From Vulcanimicrobiota bacterium (lineage in GTDB: Bacteria > Vulcanimicrobiota > Xenobia > Xenobiales > JADMJV01), in contig JBFWNU010000002.1 in assembly GCA_050250895.1 (NCBI GenBank), positions 535,659 through 599,658 of the forward strand: DNA of 64,000 nt. The letters are read 5' to 3'. This document shows, piece after piece, positions 39,598 to 48,119 of the stretch. The position numbers were made by a program, and so were the translations under genes. A model generated the notes under the pieces. It was given only the letters and a program-made list of their open reading frames with translations, had not been told where the DNA came from and searched no databases. How positions within the stretch are numbered: position 1 is the first letter of the stretch; every line of letters begins with the position of its first letter.

Positions 39598-40257
39598 ATG
39601 ATCTATCAGGACCGTCGTCAGGCGGGAGCCGAACTCGCGAAGGCGCTGTCTCACTACCGCGGCAGCGTCGACCTCGTGCTGGGCTTGCCCCGGGGTGGAG
39701 TGCCCGTGGCGCGCGAGGTGGCTCGCTTGCTCGAGGCTCCTCTGGATGCACTGGTGGTCCGCAAAGTGGGCTATCCTCACCATCCCGAGGTGGCTCTGGG
39801 AGCCGTCACCGCCAGTGGCGTCTGGGTCGCCAACCCTGAAACGGCGGGGCGGCTGCCTCGCGACCGAGGGACGATCCAACGTCTGATCTCGGTCCAGCTG
39901 CGCGAGGCGAGACGCGTGGAACGACGCTTTCGTCCGGGACTTCCACCGCTGGAGGTGGCCGGCAAGCGTGTGATCTTGGTAGACGATGGGCTGGCCACCG
40001 GCTCCACCATGCTCTGCGCCTTGATGGCACTGCGCCCGCAGCATCCGCAGCGGTTGGTGGTGGCGGTGCCGGTCGCTCCGCCCGAGACGGTGGAGTATCT
40101 ATCCCACCAGGCCGACGAAGTGGTCTGTCCCCTGCAGCCCAAAAACTTTGGCTATGTCGGTCAATTCTATAAGGACTTTCGCCCGGCGGCCTCGGTCCCC
40201 GAACCGGATGATCTGCATCATTTCGCCCGGCCCCAGGCTAAGGCACAATCGCGGTAG
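39598..40257 (+). CDS. Phosphoribosyltransferase (Rv0571c/Rv2030c-N-like)
   Basis: GLPRGGVPVA and VILVDDGLATGST. Confidence 0.92.
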   Translation: MIYQDRRQAGAELAKALSHYRGSVDLVLGLPRGGVPVAREVARLLEAPLDALVVRKVGYPHHPEVALGAVTASGVWVANPETAGRLPRDRGTIQRLISVQLREARRVERRFRPGLPPLEVAGKRVILVDDGLATGSTMLCALMALRPQHPQRLVVAVPVAPPETVEYLSHQADEVVCPLQPKNFGYVGQFYKDFRPAASVPEPDDLHHFARPQAKAQSR

Positions 40258-40283
40258 CTCCTGGAGCGTTTAGGAGGTACCCT

Positions 40284-40724
40284 ATGAACAGACCTGTAGA
40301 GATTCATTTTCATGATGTCGAGCCCAGCGAAGGACTCGAAGAGCACATCCGCCAGGCGGCCAATCGCCTGGAGCGCCGCTACCACAACATCACCGCTTGC
40401 GTGGTGCACCTCGAACAGCCTCATCGGCACCGGACGACCCACGTTGGCTATCGAGTGGTGCTCGAGGTCATGGTGCCGGGTCGGGGGGAGGTCACGGTGA
40501 CCAAGTCCTCGGACGAACACGAGGCCCACGACAACGCCTACAAAGTTCTCGATGAGGCTTTTGGAGCGATGGCTCGGCGCCTGCAGAAGTTATCCGACCA
40601 GGAACGGGGCCACGTCAAACACCACAACGGAGTGGCAGCCGAGCCCGAGGTCGAGGAGGAACCTGAGGCTTCCGAGTCCGAGTCCGAATCCGATCCGGTG
40701 GCCGGCGAGCCGAGAAAGGCCTGA
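40284..40724 (+). CDS. hpf: HPF/RaiA-family ribosome hibernation factor
   Basis: EIHFHDVEPSEGLEEHIRQ...DEAFGAMARRL; acidic tail. Confidence 0.85.
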   Translation: MNRPVEIHFHDVEPSEGLEEHIRQAANRLERRYHNITACVVHLEQPHRHRTTHVGYRVVLEVMVPGRGEVTVTKSSDEHEAHDNAYKVLDEAFGAMARRLQKLSDQERGHVKHHNGVAAEPEVEEEPEASESESESDPVAGEPRKA

Positions 40725-40729
40725 CAACC

Positions 40730-41191
40730 GTGCTGGCATCTGATTGCATGACCCGCGAGGTCACCACCGTTTCTCCTGACATGCATCTCGAGGAACTGGT
40801 CGAACTGCTGACCATCAAAGGCGTCTCGGGGGCGCCGGTGGTCAATGACCAGGGCACTCTGATCGGGGTCGTGTCGCTATCGGACGTAGCTCAGTCGGCG
40901 GTTCACCGGGCCCCCCACGGACGCTATGCTGATTTCGCCCATGACCTCTGGTGTGCCGAGTTAGTCGCCGACCTCGAGCCCGTCGACCTGAGGCTTCAGG
41001 TCGAGGACATCATGAACGAGAACCCCATTGATGTCGAGGCCGATTCGCCCCTCAGCGAAGTGGTGGCCCTGATCCTCCAGTTGCGGGTTCACCGGGTGAT
41101 CGTGGTCGACCAGCGGCGCCAGGTCGTAGGCTTGATCAGCACCATCGACCTGGTTCGCTTGCTGCCCGATCTCCTGACGCAGAAGGTCTAG
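40730..41191 (+). CDS. CBS-domain protein
   Basis: A single CBS pair. Confidence 0.9.
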   Translation: MLASDCMTREVTTVSPDMHLEELVELLTIKGVSGAPVVNDQGTLIGVVSLSDVAQSAVHRAPHGRYADFAHDLWCAELVADLEPVDLRLQVEDIMNENPIDVEADSPLSEVVALILQLRVHRVIVVDQRRQVVGLISTIDLVRLLPDLLTQKV

Positions 41192-41712
41192 TTGGCCGTC
41201 GCCATCAGGGTTTGAGCGATTTCGCAAGCCCAGGCCCCGATGGCCGTCCAATCGCGATAATCGGCGTGCTCGAGGCGCATCTCGCGCTGGAGGCACCAGT
41301 CGTCAAGATGGACACGGTCGGCGTCGAATTTGCCCGAGAAGACCTTGATGTCGTGGGGGCGCAAGCGCGTCGCTACCGATTCGAGGTTCTCGGGTAACTT
41401 CCAGCCGCCCAGCAGAGCGGCCGGGCTGCCCTCTTGCACCGGCCCGCTCGAAAACAGCCACAGGTCCTTGCCTTGAAGCTGGTCTTCGTGGTCGGTCAAG
41501 AGGTGACGAGCCGAGTCGAGCCAGTGGCCCTCATAGATGGCGCTGCCGAGCACGATGGCCCGATAGCTCGGCAGGTCTTGGACCTGCCCGGCTTCACACA
41601 GGTCGACCCGGCCGTCTTGCAGTTCGCGAAGTTGCTCGGCAATGCACTCGGCGATCTCGTGAGTCGAACCGTAGCGGCTGGAGTAGGCTACCAGAATCTT
41701 GTCGATGTTCAT
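41188..41712 (-). CDS. Flavodoxin-domain protein (HemG-like)
   Basis: AYSSRYGSTHEIA, GSAIY, FSSGP and DYRDW. Confidence 0.88.
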   Translation of the reverse strand: MNIDKILVAYSSRYGSTHEIAECIAEQLRELQDGRVDLCEAGQVQDLPSYRAIVLGSAIYEGHWLDSARHLLTDHEDQLQGKDLWLFSSGPVQEGSPAALLGGWKLPENLESVATRLRPHDIKVFSGKFDADRVHLDDWCLQREMRLEHADYRDWTAIGAWACEIAQTLMATAN

Positions 41713-41756
41713 GGCTTCATGCTGCCACGGCCGCTAGCCGGCCGCGATGATCAAGA

Positions 41757-43133
41757 TCATCGCCCGACCAGACCGACCCGATGGTGAACGGCCGCATCAT
41801 AGTCCCCGATATAGACCCACCAGTTGGTCAGCGGTTTGCCCCCAAAGACCAGCCCGTTCTCGGCGCCCGGCATGCTTTGCATCCAATAGATGAACCAGCG
41901 CAGGCTATCGCCGCCCCACCGGTCGCAGTTGAGGCGCTTCATCTGACCTTTGCCCTCAGGCCTCCAATCCTCGATGTCTGACTGGACATACTCCTGGTTG
42001 GCCCAGTCGTAGTCGTGGCGGCCGTTGGGCGGGAAGTGGCAATTCCCGCATCGCCAGGCTCCCGGCTTGCCCACGAAGCGAGCCCATAGGTCGTGCCCAT
42101 AGTGGTCCATCAGGGCTTCGATCTGGTGGATGTGATCGTGCACCGCTTCCGAGGTTTCGCGTTGGTAGTTGTAGTGAAAGACCGTGTAGGAGCGGGGCAA
42201 GATCGGCAGGTCGGCGGGGTCGCGATCGCTGTTGGAGATGTCACCGTGAACGCTGGCCAGGTCCGACTCCCAGGGCGCTAGTTGGGGCGAGTGATAACCC
42301 CAGATCCAGACCTCTTTGACCCCTTTCTTCATGACGTAGTCGCGGATGTTGGCCCGCTCGAGGATCTTGTGATAGTCGGAGTAGCCTGGTTTTTTGGGGT
42401 CGTGGGGGACCGGTTCGAGCACCTCCAGGGTGTCGACGATCACGTAGTCGAGACTGGGCTTAGCCTTCGGGTTCTTGTAGGCCCGAAAACGACTGCCCTC
42501 TTCCAGGGCCTGGGCGGTCTCTCGCGTCAAGCGGTCGCACTTTTTGCGGACCACTTCGAGGGAGTCACCCACGTTGGAAGTGACCGCCAGGTCCAGCGTC
42601 TGGCCGTCGGCGGCCAGCGGAAAATAGCGAATTTCGAGCACCGGTACTTTCCAGGGAGGCCCGCTCAAGCGGGGAGGCGGCTGTAGTCGTATCTGCGCCA
42701 GGTTGCGATTGTCAGCCAGTTCCTCGTCTTGCATCCCGGCCACGCGGTGATAGAACACGGCCGCTCGGTGAGGATCGCTGGACTTGATCAGGTCGCCGGC
42801 TCGCAAGTAGCAAGCCGCTTTGACGAAGCGAAACCGGGGGTATTTGCGGGGCCAGTAAGAGAGCTTCTCGACTGCTTTGGCGGGGTCTTTCTCCCAGCCG
42901 GCTAGAATGTCGAGAATGTAGCCATGCATCGGCGCGTTCTTGAGGATGACGTCCGAATGATGAAGCGAGCGCCCCTGGTCGACATCGCCGTAGAGGTGAC
43001 GCAACTCGTTGTGCAACTCGAAGTCGAAATGCTGGCTTTTGGCCACCTTGGCCTCGAGCTCTTTGATTCTCTCGGTGGGTGGTTCGGCCCAGGCCAACAG
43101 ACTCAGCAGAAAAAGAAAGAAGACAAGACGCAT
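41757..43133 (-). CDS. Secreted protein, TPR-like plus putative metallopeptidase domain
   Basis: Signal peptide MRLVFFLFLLSLLAWA; EAVHDHIHQIE; CGNCHFPPN. Confidence 0.7.
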   Translation of the reverse strand: MRLVFFLFLLSLLAWAEPPTERIKELEAKVAKSQHFDFELHNELRHLYGDVDQGRSLHHSDVILKNAPMHGYILDILAGWEKDPAKAVEKLSYWPRKYPRFRFVKAACYLRAGDLIKSSDPHRAAVFYHRVAGMQDEELADNRNLAQIRLQPPPRLSGPPWKVPVLEIRYFPLAADGQTLDLAVTSNVGDSLEVVRKKCDRLTRETAQALEEGSRFRAYKNPKAKPSLDYVIVDTLEVLEPVPHDPKKPGYSDYHKILERANIRDYVMKKGVKEVWIWGYHSPQLAPWESDLASVHGDISNSDRDPADLPILPRSYTVFHYNYQRETSEAVHDHIHQIEALMDHYGHDLWARFVGKPGAWRCGNCHFPPNGRHDYDWANQEYVQSDIEDWRPEGKGQMKRLNCDRWGGDSLRWFIYWMQSMPGAENGLVFGGKPLTNWWVYIGDYDAAVHHRVGLVGR

Positions 43134-43176
43134 CGTCTTGTCTTCGTTATTCGTCGCCCGAATTCCGTCGAGCAGG

Positions 43177-44091
43177 CTAGGCTTTGGACCAGCGCTGGAT
43201 GGTTCCGTCTTCTTTGATTTTCTCGATGAAGGCTTTGCGGTTCTCGTCACGGTGGGCCAGGAACTCCTCGTGGGTGATCTCGCCCAGGGCCAGCGACTTG
43301 ACGCTGGGATCCTTCCAGGAGTTTGGCTCGGCCCCGGTCACCTTCTGGATGCCGACCTCCCATTTGCGCCAGAAGTCATTCTTGGCCAGGGTTTCGTTCC
43401 ACATGCCGTTGACGATGCAGTAGTTCTGATCCCACGGCGGACGATGGTGGGTGTTGTGATTCTCGGGGGTCTGGGCCAGGCCGACCTTCTGCAGCACTTT
43501 GGCCAGGGCCGGGGGATTGTCCATGTGGGCCCAGCGGTGGAAGCCCTGAGCCATGAACCCGGCGCTCAAAAAGGCCAGACCGGCCGAGGCCACGGCATAG
43601 TGCGGGTTGGCCAGCGCCATGGCTCCCATCGGAGCCCACAAGAAGCGACCTGCGTTCCACAGGTTCGAGGTCAGGCTGACCTCTTCCATGTCGTGGGCAT
43701 GGTAGTGGTGATGGATGAACTCGCGAGCCATCTTGCCCACCATGCCCGGTTTGTCGGGGTTGGGATAGTTGTCGACCCAGTGGTGGAAGATCCCACTGCC
43801 GAAGTCGGCAGCCACATAACCTGCGGCTGCTCCGCCGAGAGCCATCGCTCCGGCTGCCACTTTGGCGCCGATGCCCGGCTGGGCGGCGATCTGAGAGAGG
43901 ACGTTGTAACTGACCCAGGCCCCCGTGCCAACCACGGCCGCGGCCGCGAGCTTGTGCATGAGCGGGGTCTTGTAATCAGGGTTCTTGGGCGTGAAACTGT
44001 CTTGAGGGGCAGCCGTCTCGGGCTGTTTGCTAGAAACGGTGGGGGCGGGCGCGCTGGGGTAGGCGCCTCGGGATAAAGTGTTGACCTGCAC
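43177..44091 (-). CDS. CarF/TMEM189/FAD4-family lipid desaturase with a Pro/Ser-rich leader
   Basis: DFGSGIFHHWVDNY, FIHHH, HRWAH, HNTHH and NYCIVNGMWN. Confidence 0.88.
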   Translation of the reverse strand: MQVNTLSRGAYPSAPAPTVSSKQPETAAPQDSFTPKNPDYKTPLMHKLAAAAVVGTGAWVSYNVLSQIAAQPGIGAKVAAGAMALGGAAAGYVAADFGSGIFHHWVDNYPNPDKPGMVGKMAREFIHHHYHAHDMEEVSLTSNLWNAGRFLWAPMGAMALANPHYAVASAGLAFLSAGFMAQGFHRWAHMDNPPALAKVLQKVGLAQTPENHNTHHRPPWDQNYCIVNGMWNETLAKNDFWRKWEVGIQKVTGAEPNSWKDPSVKSLALGEITHEEFLAHRDENRKAFIEKIKEDGTIQRWSKA

Positions 44092-44122
44092 GATTTTCTC
44101 CTGCCGGTCACTCGCTGATTGT

Positions 44123-44155
44123 AGATTAGCATCCGGGTCTGAAAGAAAGCTGAAC
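44123..44155 (-). promoter_or_regulatory. GTTCA-N6-TTTCA-N11-TAATCT promoter/operator
   Basis: Same spacing as the fliF-like promoter. Confidence 0.5.
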
Positions 44156-44156
44156 G

Positions 44157-44527
44157 GGGAGCGCTCGCCGCGCTCCCGGGGAAAGGAGCGCTCGCTTCGC
44201 TCGCGGGAAAAGGAGCGGCCTTCGGCCGGGAAAAGGAGCGAAGCTCGCTGAGCTCGCTTCGGGAAAGGAGCTCTCGCTGCGCTCGAGGGAGAAGGAGCGC
44301 TTGCTTCGCTCGCGGGAAAAGGAGCGGCCCTGCGGGCCGGGATAAGGGGCGAAGCTCGCTGAGCTCGCTTCGGGAAAGGAATCTCAGCCGCAGGCTGCTC
44401 CCCGTCGGCCGGAGGCCGAAACGGCTCCTTTCCCGCCGACGCAGTCGGCGCTCCCTGTCGACGCGCAGCGTCGAAATCTCAGCCGCAGGCTGCTCCCCGT
44501 CGGCCGGAGGCCGAAACGGCTCCCTGT
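44157..44527. repeat. REP-like modular hairpin repeat cluster 2
   Basis: About 8 GGAGC-hairpin-GGGAAAA units followed by inverted units. Confidence 0.88.
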
Positions 44528-45355
44528 CTAGGGAGCGTTGGTTTCGACGAACTCCAGCAACTCTTGCAGGGGAACGGCTCGCGGGGGGTAGAGGACGACC
44601 CGGTCTACGCCCATCGCGGCATAGCGTTCCAGGTCGCCCTCAGCCAGTTCGCGCGGGGTGACGGTGATTTCCAGTTTACCCAGTTCAGGGGGACGCTGGT
44701 AGCGGTCGGCGGCTTCTTTTAGGCCCTCGAGATGTTTGACCAGCTTTTCGGGAGTCATGGCAAAGCCGTACCAACTGCGGGCCATCTGCACGCTGCGACG
44801 GTAAGTGGCCCGATGATAGCCGCCCATCACTAGCGGCAGCGGGCGTTGGTCGGGTCGAGGACTGGCGCTCACCCCCGAGAAGCTGACGAAGTCAGATTCG
44901 AAGCTGGCCGGTGCCTGGGTCCAGATGGCCTGCATGGCACCCAGATAGTCGTCGGTGCGGCGGGCTCGTTCGGCCAGGGTAACCCCCAAAGCCTTGAACT
45001 CCGGTTCGAGGTAGCCGACCCCGATGCCCACCAGCAGACGACCCTTGGAGAGCACGTCGAGGCTGGCCAACTGTTTGGCCAAGACCAGAGGCTGGCGCTG
45101 GGGCAGGATGATCACGCCGGTGCCCAGGAGCAGCCGCTCGGTGACGGCGGCTGCGAAGGTGAGGGCCACTACTGGCTCCAGCAACCGTTCCTCGGGCTTG
45201 AGGGGGGCAGGGGCTTGCCAGGGATCGGGCAAGACGATGTGGTCGCCGGCCCAGAGCGACTCATAGCCAAGCTCTTCGGCCCGCCGGGCGACCGCTCGAA
45301 TACCGTCGGGATAGCTACAGGCGTCGTGATTGAGAGAGAACAGTCCGAACTTCAT
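44528..45355 (-). CDS. LLM-class (luciferase-like, probably F420-dependent) oxidoreductase
   Basis: AEELGYESLWAGDH and LAKQLASLDVLSKGR. Confidence 0.92.
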   Translation of the reverse strand: MKFGLFSLNHDACSYPDGIRAVARRAEELGYESLWAGDHIVLPDPWQAPAPLKPEERLLEPVVALTFAAAVTERLLLGTGVIILPQRQPLVLAKQLASLDVLSKGRLLVGIGVGYLEPEFKALGVTLAERARRTDDYLGAMQAIWTQAPASFESDFVSFSGVSASPRPDQRPLPLVMGGYHRATYRRSVQMARSWYGFAMTPEKLVKHLEGLKEAADRYQRPPELGKLEITVTPRELAEGDLERYAAMGVDRVVLYPPRAVPLQELLEFVETNAP

Positions 45356-45731
45356 AGGCCGGCCTTCGGCCGCGTTAAGGAGCGGCCCTGCGGGCGAGGA
45401 GCGCTCGCTTCGCTCACGGGCAGCGCTCGCTTCGCTCACGGGAGAAGGAGCTCTCGCTGCGCTTGAGGGAAAAGGAGCGGCCCTGCGGGCCGGGATAAGG
45501 GGCGAAGCTCGCTGAGCTCGCTTCGAGAGATGGAGAGCGGCCGTTCTTTCCCGCCGACGCAGTCGGCGCTCCCTGTCGACGCGCAGCGTCGAAATCTCAG
45601 CCGCAGGCTGCTCCCTGTCGGCCGCAGGCCGAAACGGCTCCTTCTCCCGGCGGCGGCACGCCGCCGCTCCCTGTCGACGCGCAGCGTCGAAATCTCAGCC
45701 GCAGGCTGCTCCCCGTCGGCCGCAGGCCGAG
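45356..45731. repeat. REP-like modular hairpin repeat cluster 3
   Basis: Long blocks near-identical to cluster 2, in the same orientation. Confidence 0.88.
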
Positions 45732-45757
45732 CAGGGGTGGGACCCGAAGGCGACGGC

Positions 45758-46759
45758 ATGCGATTTGGAGCTTTTACCCCCCAGGGTTGGCGTCTCGACC
45801 TGGTCGACGTCGAGCCGGGGTTTCCTCAGTACGTTCGGATGCGCGAGGTCGCCCTCGAGGCCGAGCGCCTCGGTTATGACAGCGTCTGGCTGTATGATCA
45901 CTTTCATACGGTGCCCGAAGCCTTGCCCGAGGCCACCTTCGAGGTATGGACGGCCACGGCCGCCCTGGCTGAAGCCACTTCGACCATCCGGCTGGGTCAG
46001 ATGTGTGGCTGCAACATTTATCGCCCTCCGGCCCTGCTGGCCAAGATCACGGCCAATATCGACGTCATCTCGAACGGCCGGCTGGACCTGGGCCTGGGGG
46101 CCGGGTGGTATCAGCACGAGACCGTCGCTTACGGCTATCCGTTCGAGAAGCCGGCGGTCCGCATCGGGCAGCTCGATGAGGCCGCTCAGATCCTCAAAGG
46201 CATGTGGACTCAGGACCATTTTGCCTTCGAGGGCAAGTACTACACGGTCGGCAAAGGCCAGGTCAAGGATTACCGCGGCCAACCCGCCGAGTTGAAGGGG
46301 GCCATCAACCATCCCAAACCGGTGCAAAATCCTCATCCTCCCATGTGGCTGGCTGGTGGGGGAGAGCAGTTGACCTTGCGCACGGTGGCCCGCTACGCCG
46401 ACTACTCGAACTATAGCGGCAGCATCGGGGACGTGCAGCACAAAAATCAGGTACTCGACCGCCACTGCGAGCAGCAACAGCGCGACCCCGCCGCCATCAC
46501 GCGCACCATGAACATCAATGTCATGCTGGCTTCAGAGCACGAGATCACGAGTCTGCTCGAGGCCAGTGGTCGCGGTCCCAGGGATATCGCCGCCATGAAG
46601 AAGATGCTGTATCCCACCGAGCCTCAGGCCCTTATCGACTGTTTGGCCGAGTATCGTGACCTGGCTCGCATCGACTACATCATCGTCTATTTTCCCGACG
46701 CAGGTCGCGGGCCTTCCCTGGAGCGATTCGCTAAAGAGGTGGCTCCGGCTCTGCGATAG
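45758..46759 (+). CDS. LLM-class (probably F420-dependent) oxidoreductase
   Basis: GYDSVWLYDHFH, LAKITANIDVISNGR and AGGGEQLTL. Confidence 0.92.
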   Translation: MRFGAFTPQGWRLDLVDVEPGFPQYVRMREVALEAERLGYDSVWLYDHFHTVPEALPEATFEVWTATAALAEATSTIRLGQMCGCNIYRPPALLAKITANIDVISNGRLDLGLGAGWYQHETVAYGYPFEKPAVRIGQLDEAAQILKGMWTQDHFAFEGKYYTVGKGQVKDYRGQPAELKGAINHPKPVQNPHPPMWLAGGGEQLTLRTVARYADYSNYSGSIGDVQHKNQVLDRHCEQQQRDPAAITRTMNINVMLASEHEITSLLEASGRGPRDIAAMKKMLYPTEPQALIDCLAEYRDLARIDYIIVYFPDAGRGPSLERFAKEVAPALR

Positions 46760-47570
46760 GCCGCCTGGTGTTGGTGCTGTGCAGCTGTTTTAGGACGTCT
46801 TGCAGGCGGCTGGTCACCCGAGCACTGATCGAGCCGCGCGAGGGAGCGCGCTGCTCGGGCCCGCGGGTAGCCTCTTGATAGGCGTCGGCCAGGCTGGCCA
46901 GCACAGCCATGCCTAGAAAGCGACCGCGGGCCAGAAAATACCGCACCTGCCTCTCGCTGGCCTCGCGACTGAGGCGCCGCAGAGTGTAGGTGTGCAAGCC
47001 CAGCACCTGGCTGGCGCTGTAGTTCCGCTGAGCAAGCTGGCCAGCCAGCTGGTTTGAGGCCACCGTATCCGAGATGTGCTTGGTCGAGAGGTAGTCTTCA
47101 TAGAGTTTGGCCACATCGGGATCGGGCTCACTCTGCTGGGTGTCGTCGACCAGGGTGCTCAGTTGGCCCAGTTCGACATTTAGATCCAGAAACACCGAGT
47201 CGGCTTTGCGAGCCAGGGCATAAGTGAGCGCACGACCCAGGCTTTCGGGGGAGAGTTTTGTCTTCTCGAGAAAATCCTGGGCGCCGGCATGGATGCAGGC
47301 CATGCCCAATTCTTCGTCGCCGGTGGCCGTGAGCACGATGATCGGGGTGGCAAAGGCATGGGCGTGGACGCGGGCGACGGTCTCGAGGCCGCTGCTGTCG
47401 GGGAGACCCAGATCGAGCATGATGACGTCAAAATCGGTCTTGCCCAGAGCTGACAGGGCCGCCTCGAGGGTCTCGACGTGTTGAACCTGGGCCTGCGAGT
47501 CCCCTAGTTGCAGATAACATTCGACGATAACGGCTTGTTCGGCGGCGTCTTCCACCAGGAGCGCGTGCAT
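46731..47570 (-). CDS. Response regulator receiver with a helical C-terminal domain
   Basis: LLVED, LDLGLPDSSG and AGAQDFLEK. Confidence 0.85.
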   Translation of the reverse strand: MHALLVEDAAEQAVIVECYLQLGDSQAQVQHVETLEAALSALGKTDFDVIMLDLGLPDSSGLETVARVHAHAFATPIIVLTATGDEELGMACIHAGAQDFLEKTKLSPESLGRALTYALARKADSVFLDLNVELGQLSTLVDDTQQSEPDPDVAKLYEDYLSTKHISDTVASNQLAGQLAQRNYSASQVLGLHTYTLRRLSREASERQVRYFLARGRFLGMAVLASLADAYQEATRGPEQRAPSRGSISARVTSRLQDVLKQLHSTNTRRPIAEPEPPL

Positions 47571-47606
47571 GGGGAAACCCTTCTGAACCCGACGGGAGAG
47601 TCCCCG

Positions 47607-48119
47607 CTAGCGCGGGACCCTAAGACGAGCCGCTTGCGCGACTTCGGTCAACTGGTGCCAACCATTAATGGGAGTGGCCTCGGTATTGGGGTGTGTACTG
47701 TAATAGATGGTCTCGCCCTGAGAAAGCAGGTTGAAGGCGCCCTCGGGCTTGCAGTTTTGCAGCATTTCGGGATCGCCAGCTTTGAGATAGCCCAGTTCGT
47801 CGAGGGTGCGTAATTCGCCCCGCATGGCGTCTTGCTTCCACTCGGGAAGCGGTGCCTGGCCGGGGGTATAGTGGAACAGTTCTGCCATTTTTCCTTCTGC
47901 GGGCATCGCACCCAGGGCGGTTCGCTCGGTTTGGGCCAGCCAGGGCTGGCCGCTGGGCCTGGCCACCACCGGCGGCGGGGCGCTGTTGAGCACGGCGCTC
48001 TCGGTAGGCACCGACTCTGCGGCGGGTAGGGTGGGCGCCGCCGAAGCAGGGGCCGACTCGGCCTTCGCGACGGGTTTGAAGGCCGAGATCGTCTGGGTTA
48101 TGAGCGAGCGAATCTGCAT
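47607..48119 (-). CDS. Hypothetical protein with a Pro/Ala-rich leader, coupled to the upstream giant gene
   Basis: TGATG stop/start overlap at 48117-48121. Confidence 0.75.
   Translation of the reverse strand: MQIRSLITQTISAFKPVAKAESAPASAAPTLPAAESVPTESAVLNSAPPPVVARPSGQPWLAQTERTALGAMPAEGKMAELFHYTPGQAPLPEWKQDAMRGELRTLDELGYLKAGDPEMLQNCKPEGAFNLLSQGETIYYSTHPNTEATPINGWHQLTEVAQAARLRVPR

Larger units (their letters stand above)
20902..41759. promoter_or_regulatory. Twelve FNR/CRP-type boxes TGAYC-N2-SRTCA at 20902, 24012, 25498, 30234, 30256, 32097, 32269, 34868, 37327, 39551, 40209 and 41748
   Basis: Each 12-mer was read directly from the sequence and has a -10-like hexamer 23-24 nt away. Confidence 0.85.

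Noticed and set aside
13135-41191. Convergent genes overlapping at CTAG/TTAG stops (13135, 24723, 36446, 41188)
   Set aside because: A common feature of compact genomes, not a system.
44157-45731. CRISPR array
   Set aside because: The constant part is only ~12 nt, the spacers are reused self-complementary hairpins, polarity flips, and there are no cas genes.
45356-45757. Long N-terminal extensions of both LLM ORFs and the 107-aa ORF
   Set aside because: These are translations of the hairpin repeats.
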